From contig JAFQXM010000007.1 in NCBI GenBank assembly GCA_017406955.1, forward strand, positions 80,729-144,728: 64,000 bases of DNA, in the 5' to 3' direction. The stretch comes from Bacilli bacterium (GTDB lineage: Bacteria; Bacillota_I; Bacilli_A; RF39; UBA660). The first letter of the stretch is position 1, and the number at the start of each line of letters is the position of its first letter. Made by a program: the position numbers and the translations under genes. The notes below the pieces were generated by a model. That model ran no database searches. It was not told the origin of the DNA and saw nothing but the letters and a program-made list of their open reading frames with translations. Positions 29,366 to 39,470 of the stretch are shown in pieces.

Positions 29366-29590
29366 GAAATTTGTTGATGAAGAAGTTATCTAAGTAGTTA
29401 ATTTGAAACTCTATACAGGAAGTTATGATCATTGACTGAGAATCATAATAGAAAGACAAATTAATGAATTTCAATAATGGAGTCAAATCGTTTAGAGCGT
29501 TAATCTATTAGAGGTAGTAGAAATACTATAAAAAAAGGTGGTACCACGAGCAATTCGTCCTTTATGGGTGTTTTGCTCGTTTTTTATTTA
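29366..29590 (+). ncRNA. T-box riboswitch leader of pheST
   Basis: Promoter TTGACA-17-TAAAAT at 29330-29358. T-box motif AAGGTGGTACCACGAG. Terminator GAGCAATTCGTCC...GTTTTGCTCGTTTTTT immediately before pheS. Confidence 0.7.
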
Positions 29591-29617
29591 ACGTTTAAAT
29601 GATAGAAAGGAAAATAT

Positions 29618-30655
29618 ATGAAAGAAGAATTAGAAAAAATTAAAAGTAAGGGATTAGAAAGAATTAAGGAAGCTAAAGATATTTCTGAATTAGAAGAAAT
29701 TAGAAAAGAAATAACTGGTAAGAAAAGTGAATTATCTGATGTATTAAAACATATGAAAGATTTATCTAATGAAGATAAGAAAACTGTTGGTATGAAAGTC
29801 ACTGAAATAAAAAAAGATTTTTCAGATAACCTAGATAAAAAGAAAGAAGAGCTAATTGAATCAATGAGTGTATTAGAAGAACCTATTGATCTAACTTTGC
29901 CAGGTAAAAAAGTTAATGAAGGATCTCTTCATCCTATTACACAAATGCGTAATGATTTAAACGATGCTTTTTTATCATTAGGTTTTGAAGTGTATAGTGA
30001 AGATGATATCAGTAGTGAAAAATATGCTTTTGATAATTTAAATTTCCCAAAAGATCATCCAGCTAGAGAATCTATGGATACATATTGGATAGAAGGAACA
30101 GAAAATAAAGAAGGTGCAGAAAGATTATGTTTAAGACCACATTTAACAGGAGGATCTGTTAGATATTTAATGAGTCATGGCGCCCCTGCTAGATTCGTAT
30201 ATCCAGGAGGAGCATTTAGAAATGAAACAACAGACGCTAGACATGAAAGAGCCTTCGTTCAATATGAAGCTTTAATAGTAGATAAAGATATATCATTCTC
30301 ATCAGGAATGGTAATGATTCAAACAATACTAGAAAAAGTATTTGGTAAAAAGATAAATACTAGAATGAGAGAAGGATTCTTCCCATTTACTGAACCAGGA
30401 TATGAAATAGATATGGAATGTTTAGTGTGTGGTGGAAAAGGCTGTAAAGTATGTAATAACGTTGGTTGGATAGAAGTTATGCCAGGAGGAGTTATTCATC
30501 CTAATGTTTTAAAATCCGCAGGATTAGATCCAGAAGAGTGGACAGGATTTTATATTAATATAGGATTAGACAGATTAGTAATGATGAGATATGGAGTAGA
30601 TGATGTTAGACTATTCCATAGTGCTGATTTAAGATTCTTAAAACAATTTAAATAG
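29618..30655 (+). CDS. pheS: Phenylalanine--tRNA ligase alpha subunit
   Basis: Class II motifs: FRNETTDARHE; GWIEVMPGGVIHPNVL. Confidence 0.9.
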   Translation: MKEELEKIKSKGLERIKEAKDISELEEIRKEITGKKSELSDVLKHMKDLSNEDKKTVGMKVTEIKKDFSDNLDKKKEELIESMSVLEEPIDLTLPGKKVNEGSLHPITQMRNDLNDAFLSLGFEVYSEDDISSEKYAFDNLNFPKDHPARESMDTYWIEGTENKEGAERLCLRPHLTGGSVRYLMSHGAPARFVYPGGAFRNETTDARHERAFVQYEALIVDKDISFSSGMVMIQTILEKVFGKKINTRMREGFFPFTEPGYEIDMECLVCGGKGCKVCNNVGWIEVMPGGVIHPNVLKSAGLDPEEWTGFYINIGLDRLVMMRYGVDDVRLFHSADLRFLKQFK

Positions 30656-30668
30656 AAAGGAAGATAAT

Positions 30669-33092
30669 ATGAGAGTATCGTTAAATTTAATAAAAAAATA
30701 TATAGATTTACCTAAAGATATAACAGATAAACAAATAGCTTATGATATGACTCTACGTACTGTAGAAGTAGAAGATGTAGAATCTACTGCAGATAAATAT
30801 CATGATATAGTAGTTGGTAAAATCTTAGAGTTAAAGAATCATCCAAATGCCGATAGATTGAGAATATGTATAACTGATATTGGAGAAGATAAACCAGTAC
30901 AAATAGTATGTGGGGGAACTAATCTATATGAAGGAGAATATGTAGTAGTATCTAAACCAGGATCAGAAGTAGTATGGCATGGAGAAGGAGAACCAGTAAA
31001 AGTAAAAGAAACTAAGATGAGAGGAGAATCATCATATGGAATGATTTGTGCTGCATCAGAAGTATATTTAGAAGATTTCTTCCCATCAGATAACGAATAT
31101 GAAATAGTTGATTTAAAAGGAGTAGACTGCAAACCAGGAGATAATATTGCTGATATAGTAGAAATGAATGATACTGTATTAGAAATAGATAATAAATCAC
31201 TATCTAATAGACCAGATTTATGGGGACATTATGGTATAGCTAGAGAATTATCAGCTATTTATAACGTTCCATTAAAGAAATTAGATACATATAAATTAGA
31301 TAAAGATTTACCAAAATATAATGTAGAAATAAAAGAAAAAAATAAATGCAATAGATATATTGGAGTAGAAATAGATGGTATCTATGAAAAAGAATCTCCA
31401 ACGTGGATGAAATCATTACTTTCAAAAACTGGACAAAGACCAATAAATGCTATTGTAGATATAACTAACTATGTAATGGTAACAGTAGGACAACCTCTAC
31501 ATGCTTTTGATAAAACACATGTTAATGGTGAAAAAATAATAGTTAGAAATGCTAAAGAAAATGAAGAATTATTATTACTAGATGATAACAGTATTAAACT
31601 AACTAAAGAAGACTTAGTAATAAGTGATGAAGCTGATGCTATGGCTTTAGCGGGTATTAGAGGTGGAAAAAAAGATTCTATCTTACCTGATACTAAAGGA
31701 ATAGTATTAGAAGTCGCAAACTTTTCTGCCAATACTATAAGAAAAACAGGTAAAAGATTTGCTGAAAAAACAGATTCATCAATTAGATATGAAAAAGGAA
31801 TAGATACACAGAGGGTTGATCAAGGAGTAAATTTAGCTCTAGAATTAATAAAAGAAATATTCCCAGATAGTAAAATAGTTAAATATGTAGATGTTTATCC
31901 AAATAAAACAAAGAATAATAAAATAGAAGTAACAGAAGAGTTCTTAGATACAAGATTAGGTAAAAAAATAGATAGAAAATCTATTACTCAAATACTAACA
32001 TCTTTAGGATATGAAGTATCTTATAAAGATAAAATATATGATGTAGTTGTTCCGACATGGAGATCTACAGGCGATATATCTTTAAAAGATGATGTAATGG
32101 GAGATATAGCTAGAATACTATCATTTAATAGTTTTGAAGCAAAACCAATAGATATTACTATAGAACATTCTATTAACCAAAGAGAAGTATCACTAACTAG
32201 AAGAATATCTGAATATTTAGCTAATAGATGTGGATTTTATGAAATATATACATATCCATGGATAGACGAAAAATACATAAATGCTGCTAGAATAGATACT
32301 TCTAAATCATTAAAATTAACTACCCCACCTGCACCAGAACTAGCATATCTTAGAAGTTCATTAATACCAGGTATGTTAGAAGCAATTTCTAAAAACTTAA
32401 GATACTATAATAATTTTAAATTATTTGAAATAAAGCAAGTGTATGAAAAAGGTGATTATAGACCATCTTCTGAAGATGAAATATTACCAATTCAAACAAA
32501 TTATTTAACTGGATCTATAGTAGGTAAAAATGCTAAAGAAATATTCTATGAATTAAAAGGTATTATAGAAGAAATGTCTAGATATAACCATATGGAAGAT
32601 ATAGAACTAATACAAAAAGAAAAACCTGCTTGGGCAGATAAAAACGCTTATTTAAATATAGTTAAAAATAATGAAATAATTGGTTCTTTAGGATTATTAT
32701 CAGTACAAACTATGAATAAATCTAAAATAAAAAGAACTAATGTAGCTATATTTGAAATTAATATGGAAAAACTAACTCCATATAAATCTAGAACTAATAC
32801 ATATGAAAGACTACCAGAATTACCATTAGTAGAAAAAGATTTATCTATAATAGTTGATAAAGATATTAAATGGGAAGATATAATTAATCCTATAAAAAAC
32901 AAAGTAAAAGAAATAGAATTTGTAGATGAATATAAAGGTAATCAAATACCAGAAGGTAAAAAATCTATTACTTTAAAACTTAAAATGATAAATGAAGGTT
33001 CTACTATGACATCAGATGAAATAAATAATAAAATGAAAAGTATTCTAAAAGTTCTAAATAAAAAATGTAACGCTACATTAAGAGAAGAATAA
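30669..33092 (+). CDS. pheT: Phenylalanine--tRNA ligase beta subunit
   Basis: 807 aa. tRNA-binding domain, B3/B4, B5 and C-terminal FDX-ACB domains. Confidence 0.9.
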   Translation: MRVSLNLIKKYIDLPKDITDKQIAYDMTLRTVEVEDVESTADKYHDIVVGKILELKNHPNADRLRICITDIGEDKPVQIVCGGTNLYEGEYVVVSKPGSEVVWHGEGEPVKVKETKMRGESSYGMICAASEVYLEDFFPSDNEYEIVDLKGVDCKPGDNIADIVEMNDTVLEIDNKSLSNRPDLWGHYGIARELSAIYNVPLKKLDTYKLDKDLPKYNVEIKEKNKCNRYIGVEIDGIYEKESPTWMKSLLSKTGQRPINAIVDITNYVMVTVGQPLHAFDKTHVNGEKIIVRNAKENEELLLLDDNSIKLTKEDLVISDEADAMALAGIRGGKKDSILPDTKGIVLEVANFSANTIRKTGKRFAEKTDSSIRYEKGIDTQRVDQGVNLALELIKEIFPDSKIVKYVDVYPNKTKNNKIEVTEEFLDTRLGKKIDRKSITQILTSLGYEVSYKDKIYDVVVPTWRSTGDISLKDDVMGDIARILSFNSFEAKPIDITIEHSINQREVSLTRRISEYLANRCGFYEIYTYPWIDEKYINAARIDTSKSLKLTTPPAPELAYLRSSLIPGMLEAISKNLRYYNNFKLFEIKQVYEKGDYRPSSEDEILPIQTNYLTGSIVGKNAKEIFYELKGIIEEMSRYNHMEDIELIQKEKPAWADKNAYLNIVKNNEIIGSLGLLSVQTMNKSKIKRTNVAIFEINMEKLTPYKSRTNTYERLPELPLVEKDLSIIVDKDIKWEDIINPIKNKVKEIEFVDEYKGNQIPEGKKSITLKLKMINEGSTMTSDEINNKMKSILKVLNKKCNATLREE

Positions 33093-33136
33093 AAAATTAA
33101 AATTTTTTAAAACTTATTATATAATTTCATAAAAAA

Positions 33137-33170
33137 ATAGAGATTAATATACTATCTCTATTTTTTATAT
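33137..33170. terminator. Bidirectional hairpin terminator between pheT and the convergent gene
   Basis: ATAGAGAT-taatatact-ATCTCTAT with T-runs on both sides. Confidence 0.55.
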
Positions 33171-33835
33171 TGTTTTTGTTCTAACATAATATCATTCATA
33201 ATATTTTCTGCATATAATTGATCGTTATCATATAAATTATTAAAGTTTTCTAAAATATTAAAGTTATATTTAATTTGATCAAAGAAATTAGGAATACTAC
33301 TATTGATTAAATCAAAACTATCCTTAATATTAAATTCTTCTATTTCTAAGGCAGTTCTAAGAATACTTTTTAACTTTTTATCATTAGATGAAGCTACTGT
33401 AACTTTATTATCAGCTTTAAGTTTTAATATATCATCTTTTTTTTCTATTTCTAAATAGTCATTATCCTCATAATCATCAAGGCTTATATTTTCTATAGCT
33501 AATAAACTGTTGTTATCTTTTTCTAAAAATTTAATTTTTTTAATACATGATTCACCGTTTTCATCTTTTGAAATTGAAATCATAAAAGCATCATTATTTA
33601 TATAAATATCATATATAGTGAAATCTTTCATACCATAGAATCTAAAATTGTCATTATTAAACCATACATTATAAACTCTATCTCCATATTTCTTAAAACT
33701 AGCACTTAAATCTAAATTACCTTCTTCATCAATATTATAGTTAAGTATATGACTACTATCTATATAATTATTAGTAGTAGGTAAAGACATATTCATATCT
33801 TTAGATATGCCAGTTATTAAGTCTTTATTATTCAT
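33158..33835 (-). CDS. Hypothetical protein
   Basis: 225-aa ORF on the minus strand. No motif recognised. Confidence 0.45.
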   Translation of the reverse strand: MNNKDLITGISKDMNMSLPTTNNYIDSSHILNYNIDEEGNLDLSASFKKYGDRVYNVWFNNDNFRFYGMKDFTIYDIYINNDAFMISISKDENGESCIKKIKFLEKDNNSLLAIENISLDDYEDNDYLEIEKKDDILKLKADNKVTVASSNDKKLKSILRTALEIEEFNIKDSFDLINSSIPNFFDQIKYNFNILENFNNLYDNDQLYAENIMNDIMLEQKQYKK

Positions 33836-33956
33836 ACTATTACCTCCAAAAAAGGAACTATATTATACCATATTTTAATAAAAAAGTAAATATGATAGTT
33901 TTTATTTAAAAAAATTGTAATTTATTGTATAATATAGGCAAGAAAGGAGTGTTTTT

Positions 33957-34445
33957 ATGATCTTAACAGCTTTAACAGACAAAGACATGTCTATTGCATT
34001 AGCAGGTGGATTTTTAGGAGCTATATTTTCATTAATTGCAATCGCAGTTATTGCAGCTTATGTTTTATTGGTAGTAGCATCTTGGAAAATATTTACAAAA
34101 GCAGGTATTGCAGGATGGAAATCAGTAATTCCAGTATATAATGTATATCTACTTTATAAAATTTCAGGTGTTAATTTCTGGGTTTGGTCTTTTGTTCCAA
34201 CAATACTTTGCGGTGTTGTACAATCAATTGCAGGACCAAATGCTGAAAACGTAAATGCTTGGGTAACTATTTTACTAATCGCAGTTTTAGTATATGCAAT
34301 AGTTGGTACTTGCAAATTCGTAAAAGGTTTAGCTAAGTCATTTGGAAAAGGAACAGGTTTTGCAGTAGGATTATTCTTCTTCCCTAATATTTTCAAACTT
34401 ATCTTAGGATTTGGAAAAGCAAAATATGTAGCTAAGAAGAAATAA
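33957..34445 (+). CDS. Small polytopic membrane protein (DUF5684-like)
   Basis: Four TM helices; WKIFTKAGIAGWKSVIPVYNVY. A hairpin terminator follows. Confidence 0.45.
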   Translation: MILTALTDKDMSIALAGGFLGAIFSLIAIAVIAAYVLLVVASWKIFTKAGIAGWKSVIPVYNVYLLYKISGVNFWVWSFVPTILCGVVQSIAGPNAENVNAWVTILLIAVLVYAIVGTCKFVKGLAKSFGKGTGFAVGLFFFPNIFKLILGFGKAKYVAKKK

Positions 34446-34522
34446 ATACACAAATAATTAAAGATATTCATAAGTATGAATATCTTTTTTTGTGTTATAA
34501 TGAATAAAAATAAGGAGTATTT

Positions 34523-35032
34523 ATGAATAATTTGAAAGAATATAGTAAAAAAGAAATAATAGAATTAGTAAAAAAGAATAAGATAACTGCTAAAGATTTT
34601 GTAGATTCTGGAATATGTCCTACTTGCTTTGATAGAGAGAATAATAATATATTATATGGAGATAATAAAGATAAAATAATATATGAAGATGAGGATATTG
34701 AATGCTTTTTAGTAGGAAATCCAAGAGCTAATGGACATACTGCTATTAGTAGTAAGAAACACTATAAAGATATGATGGCAATAGATGATCTATTATGTAA
34801 AAAAGTATTTATTTTTTCTAAAAAAATGATGAATATAATAAAAGAAGTATATAAAACAGAAAGTGTTTATTTATGTACTATGTGTGATGGACCTATGAAT
34901 CACTTTCATGTGCAGTTAATTCCTAGATATTCTAATGAAAAAAGAGGTTCTAAAAACTTTGTTAAACCTAGATTACGTTATATAGAAGATAAAGAAAAAC
35001 TAGATAAATTAAGAAAATTAATAAAAGAATAA
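34523..35032 (+). CDS. HIT-family hydrolase-like protein
   Basis: Histidine-triad-like NHFHVQLIPR near the C-terminus. N-terminal CPTC. Confidence 0.5.
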   Translation: MNNLKEYSKKEIIELVKKNKITAKDFVDSGICPTCFDRENNNILYGDNKDKIIYEDEDIECFLVGNPRANGHTAISSKKHYKDMMAIDDLLCKKVFIFSKKMMNIIKEVYKTESVYLCTMCDGPMNHFHVQLIPRYSNEKRGSKNFVKPRLRYIEDKEKLDKLRKLIKE

Positions 35033-35123
35033 TGTTTACTTAGTAAGCATTTTTTTATTTAAAAGTTTATGTTATAATTTAGATAGAATAAAGCAAATTA
35101 TTAAATAGAAAGTAGGCGCATAT

Positions 35124-35957
35124 ATGTATAAAGTATTAAAAAACGAAAAATTAAATGAAAATTCTTTTGAAATGGTTGTAGAAGCACCATTAGTAGTTAA
35201 AAAAGCTATGCCAGGACAATTTGTAATAGTAATGGCAAAACCTGATAGTGAGAGAATTCCTCTAACTATTTATGATTATGATAAAGAAAAAGGACTACTT
35301 CATCTTATTTATCAAGTGGTAGGGGCTTCTACTTTAGAGTTAAGTAAAGTAAAAAAAGAGATGTTTGGAGTAGTTGGACCATTAGGTAATCCTAATGAAA
35401 TATGTGAAAATATAGATAAATTTAAATCTAAAAAAGTAGTTTATGTTGCGGGTGGTGTAGGAGTTGCGCCTGTATATCCACAAGTTAAATATTTAAAAGA
35501 ACATGGTATTAAAGTAGATGTTATCTATGGAGCTAGATCTAAAGATTTATTCTTAATTCAAGATAAAATAGAAACTGTGGCAAATAATATATATTATGCA
35601 ACAGATGATGGTAGTTTTGGTACTAAAGGATTTGTTACTACTGTTTTAGAAGAACATATTAAAGATTATGATATATGCGTCGCAATTGGACCGGTAATAA
35701 TGATGAAAAACGTCTGTGATTTAACTCAAAAATATAATTTAAAAACAATAGTTAGTATGAATCCAATTATGGTAGATGGTAGTGGTATGTGTGGTGCCTG
35801 TCGTTGTGAAGTAGATGGTAAAACAAAATTTGCTTGTATCCATGGACCAGAATTTGATGGACATAAGATTAATTTTGATATAGCTCTAAACAGAATGAAC
35901 ATTTATAAAGAAGAAGAACAAGTTAAATTAAAAGAAATGGAGGCTAACTATGAATAA
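35124..35957 (+). CDS. nfnA: NADH-dependent reduced ferredoxin:NADP+ oxidoreductase subunit A (PyrK/SudB-like FAD/[2Fe-2S] subunit)
   Basis: PyrK-like FAD/NAD fold. C-terminal Cys cluster CGACRCEVDGKTKFAC. Overlaps nfnB by 8 nt. Confidence 0.75.
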   Translation: MYKVLKNEKLNENSFEMVVEAPLVVKKAMPGQFVIVMAKPDSERIPLTIYDYDKEKGLLHLIYQVVGASTLELSKVKKEMFGVVGPLGNPNEICENIDKFKSKKVVYVAGGVGVAPVYPQVKYLKEHGIKVDVIYGARSKDLFLIQDKIETVANNIYYATDDGSFGTKGFVTTVLEEHIKDYDICVAIGPVIMMKNVCDLTQKYNLKTIVSMNPIMVDGSGMCGACRCEVDGKTKFACIHGPEFDGHKINFDIALNRMNIYKEEEQVKLKEMEANYE

Positions 35958-37308
35958 TGATCAAAAAACTAAAATGAGAGTTCAACCTCCAAAGGAAAGA
36001 GTAAAAAATTTTGATGAAGTTGCGTTAGGATATACTAAAGAAGAAGCGATGAAAGAAGCGAGTAGATGTCTACACTGCGTTAATCCTAGATGTGTTAAAG
36101 GATGTCCTGTTAATATAATGATTCCTGATTTTATCAAAGCAATTAAAGAAGAAGATATAGAAAAAGCCTATGAAATAATTACAAAGTCATCATCACTTCC
36201 CGCAGTATGTGGAAGAGTATGTCCGCAAGAAAAACAATGTGAAAAGATGTGTATTAAAGGATTCAAAAGTGATGCCATATCTATTGGATCACTTGAAAGA
36301 TATGTTGCGGATGAAGCGATGAAGAATAACTATGGATCAGTAAAACCAACAAAGAAAAAGAAAGAAAAAATTGCAGTCATAGGTAGTGGGCCTGCTGGAC
36401 TTAGTTGTGCAGGAGAGTTAGCTAAAGAAGGATATAATGTAACTATTTATGAAGTTTTACATAAAGCCGGAGGAGTATTAACTTATGGTATTCCAGAATT
36501 TAGATTACCTAAATCTATTGTAGAAAAAGAAGTAAATAGTTTGAAAGACTTAGGAGTAGAAATAAAAACAGATGTACCTATTGGTAATGCTATTACTATT
36601 GATGAACTAAAAAAAGAATATGATGCCATATTCTTAGGTACAGGAGCAGGACTTCCCAAATTTATGAATATTAAAGGAGAAGATGCTAATGGAGTATTTT
36701 CTGCTAATGAAATATTAACTAGAATAAATTTAATGAGTGCATATAAATCTGATGGAAAAACACCAATAAAAAAAGGAAAAGTTGCCTATATTATAGGTGG
36801 TGGTAATGTTGCTATGGATGCAGTTAGATCTCTAAGACGTTTAGGAGTAGAAACACACTTAATGTATCGTCGTAGTGAAGAAGAATTACCTGCTAGAAAA
36901 GAAGAAGTAGAGCATGCTAAAGAAGAAGGTATTGAATTTAATTTATTAACAAACCCTGTGGAAATACTTACTGACAAAGATAATAATGTTATTGGCATGG
37001 AAGTAGTTGATATGGAATTAGGGGAACTAGGAGAAGATGGACGTAGAAGTGTTAGTGAGAAAAAAGGATCTAATCATAAAGTAACTTGCGATATGGTTGT
37101 TATGGCACTAGGTACTTCTCCAAATCATGAAGCTTTAAAAGAAAGCAATATTAAACTTAGTGATAGAGGATTAATAGTAGTAGAAGAATCTAAAACTTCT
37201 ATTAATAATGTATATGCAGGTGGGGATATAGTAACCGGAGCTGCTACTGTAATATTAGCTATGGAAGCAGGTAAAAAAGCCGCTAAAGAAATTATAAATA
37301 ATTTATAA
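35950..37308 (+). CDS. nfnB: NfnB / GltD-like NADPH-dependent oxidoreductase subunit (glutamate synthase small-chain homolog)
   Basis: Two [4Fe-4S] Cys clusters (CLHCVNPRCVKGC; CGRVCPQE). FAD motif GSGPAGLSCA. NAD motif IGGGNVAMD. Confidence 0.8.
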   Translation: MNNDQKTKMRVQPPKERVKNFDEVALGYTKEEAMKEASRCLHCVNPRCVKGCPVNIMIPDFIKAIKEEDIEKAYEIITKSSSLPAVCGRVCPQEKQCEKMCIKGFKSDAISIGSLERYVADEAMKNNYGSVKPTKKKKEKIAVIGSGPAGLSCAGELAKEGYNVTIYEVLHKAGGVLTYGIPEFRLPKSIVEKEVNSLKDLGVEIKTDVPIGNAITIDELKKEYDAIFLGTGAGLPKFMNIKGEDANGVFSANEILTRINLMSAYKSDGKTPIKKGKVAYIIGGGNVAMDAVRSLRRLGVETHLMYRRSEEELPARKEEVEHAKEEGIEFNLLTNPVEILTDKDNNVIGMEVVDMELGELGEDGRRSVSEKKGSNHKVTCDMVVMALGTSPNHEALKESNIKLSDRGLIVVEESKTSINNVYAGGDIVTGAATVILAMEAGKKAAKEIINNL

Positions 37309-37491
37309 CAAAAAAAGGAGCCTTAATGGCTCCAATCTATTTATAGAGGATCTTCACATTATACAGTGAACCTTCCTCAATAATAATATATGTAATAATA
37401 AGAAAAAATATACAAAAATTGAAAATATTTATATATTATGTTAATTTATAAGTAAATAATTAAATAATGGGTAAAATAGAAAAGAGGATTT

Positions 37492-38587
37492 ATGGAAAAA
37501 AGTGATATAAAAAAAGAATTGTTAAAACAAACAAAAAAAGTTGAAGAACTATGGAGGTTACTTTGACATAGATAGAAAGTTAGAAGAAATTAAATCTTTA
37601 GAACAAGAAATGACAAAACCTAATTTTTGGGATAATAAAGAAGAAAGTGATAAAGTAATTTCAGAACTTACTAATTTAAAGAATATTAGTTCGACTATAT
37701 CTAGTATTAAAGAAAAATTAGATTCTGATAATGAATTAATAGATTCATTAGAAGAAAATGATTCTGACATGTTAAGTATTATAGAAGAAGAACTAAATAG
37801 TTTAAAGAAAGATATAGATGAATTATCTCTAAATATCTATTTAAGTGGACCATATGATAAAAACGATTGTATTTTAGAAATACATCCAGGAGCGGGAGGT
37901 ACAGAAAGTTGTGATTGGGCTTCAATGCTTTATAGAATGTATACTAGATACCTAGAAAAAGAAGGTTATAAGATAAGTATACTTGATTATCAAGTAGGAG
38001 ATGAAGCGGGTCTTAAAAGTGTAACTATCTTAGTTAAAGGTACTAATGCCTATGGTTATTTAAAAAACGAAAAAGGTGTTCATAGATTAGTAAGATTATC
38101 CCCTTTTGATTCTAATAATAGAAGACATACATCATTTGCATCTGTTGATGTAACACCAGAAATAGAACAAAATAATGAAATAGATTTAGATGAAAAAGAT
38201 TTAAAAATAGATGTTTATAGATCAACAGGAGCAGGTGGACAAGGAGTAAACACAACAGATTCAGCAGTTAGAATTACTCATTTACCTACTAAGATAGTAG
38301 TAACTTGTCAAAACGAAAGAAGTCAAATACAAAATAAAGAGCAAGCTTTAAAAGTATTAAAGAATAAATTATTACTATTAGAAATAGAAAAGCAAGAAAA
38401 AGAATTAAACAAAATAAAAGGAAATCAAGCTAATATAGACTTTGGTTCTCAAATAAGAAGTTATGTTATGCATCCATATTCTATGGTAAAAGATCATAGA
38501 ACAAATATAGAAACAAGTAATGTAGAAAAAGTATTAGATGGAGATATAAATTTATTTATAGAAGAAAATTTAAAAAAGGAGCTATAA
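37492..38587 (+). CDS. prfB: Peptide chain release factor 2, with a programmed +1 ribosomal frameshift at CTT TGA C (37561-37567)
   Basis: Frame 0 reads MEKSDIKKELLKQTKKVEELWRLL then TGA. An SD-like GGAGG lies 3 nt upstream of CTT TGA C. The +1 frame continues DIDRKLEE... and carries the RF2 SPF motif plus GGQ (GGQGVNTTDSAVRITHLPT). Confidence 0.85.
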
Positions 38588-38588
38588 T

Positions 38589-39470
38589 ATGAATTTCTTT
38601 TCTGAAAGAAACAATTTAAAAATAGTTAAGCAAATTAATTCTAAAGCTTCATTAAAAAGATATATAGAATTCTTTATAGGTTGCCTAGTATCTGCAGTAG
38701 CTTATAATATCTTTTTAGCACCTAATAATATTGTAGCTGGTGGAGTTAGTGGTATTGCAATAGTTTTTAATTATGTATTTAAAATAGATAATTATATTAC
38801 AATATTAATAGGTAATATATTATTAGTTATATTGTGTTATTTTATGATGGGTAAAGAAAAAACAAAAAACACTATTCTAGGATCATTAGTTTTTCCATTG
38901 TTAGTTATGCTAACAGCTAATATAAATAATTATCTAAGGATAGATACAACACAGTTATTATTATCTTCAGTATTTGGAGGAATACTACTAGGCCTTGGTG
39001 GAGGAATGATCTTTAAAGCTGGTTTTTCAACAGGAGGAACGGATATTCTAAATCATATAATAGCTAAATATAAAAAAATAAGTGTAGGAACATCTATTCT
39101 TTTAACAGATGGATTAATAGTATTATTATCAGCTTTCATATTTGGCCCAATAAGACTTATGTATTCTATAATAATACTTTATTTAACCAGTATAATGTCA
39201 GATAGAATAATATTAGGTATATCTGATAGTAAAGCTTTTTATATAATTACAAAAGAAAATAAAAAAGTAAAAGAATATATATTAAAATATTTAAGCCATG
39301 GAGTAACAGTTTTTAATGCTACAGGGGGATATAATAACAATAAAGAAAATGTATTAATGTGTGTACTTCCTACAAAAGATTATTATAAACTAAAAGAAGG
39401 TATACATACTATTGATAAAGATGCTTTCTTTGTAGTAACAGATTCATATGAAGTAGTTGGTGGTGAGTAG
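38589..39470 (+). CDS. YitT family membrane protein (DUF161/DUF2179)
   Basis: Polytopic N-terminus plus C-terminal DUF2179-like domain. Paralog of the next gene. Confidence 0.7.
   Translation: MNFFSERNNLKIVKQINSKASLKRYIEFFIGCLVSAVAYNIFLAPNNIVAGGVSGIAIVFNYVFKIDNYITILIGNILLVILCYFMMGKEKTKNTILGSLVFPLLVMLTANINNYLRIDTTQLLLSSVFGGILLGLGGGMIFKAGFSTGGTDILNHIIAKYKKISVGTSILLTDGLIVLLSAFIFGPIRLMYSIIILYLTSIMSDRIILGISDSKAFYIITKENKKVKEYILKYLSHGVTVFNATGGYNNNKENVLMCVLPTKDYYKLKEGIHTIDKDAFFVVTDSYEVVGGE

Noticed and set aside
37541-38587. prfB starting at 37541 as in the ORF track
   Set aside because: The canonical frameshift site and upstream frame-0 ORF show the true start is 37492 with a +1 shift.
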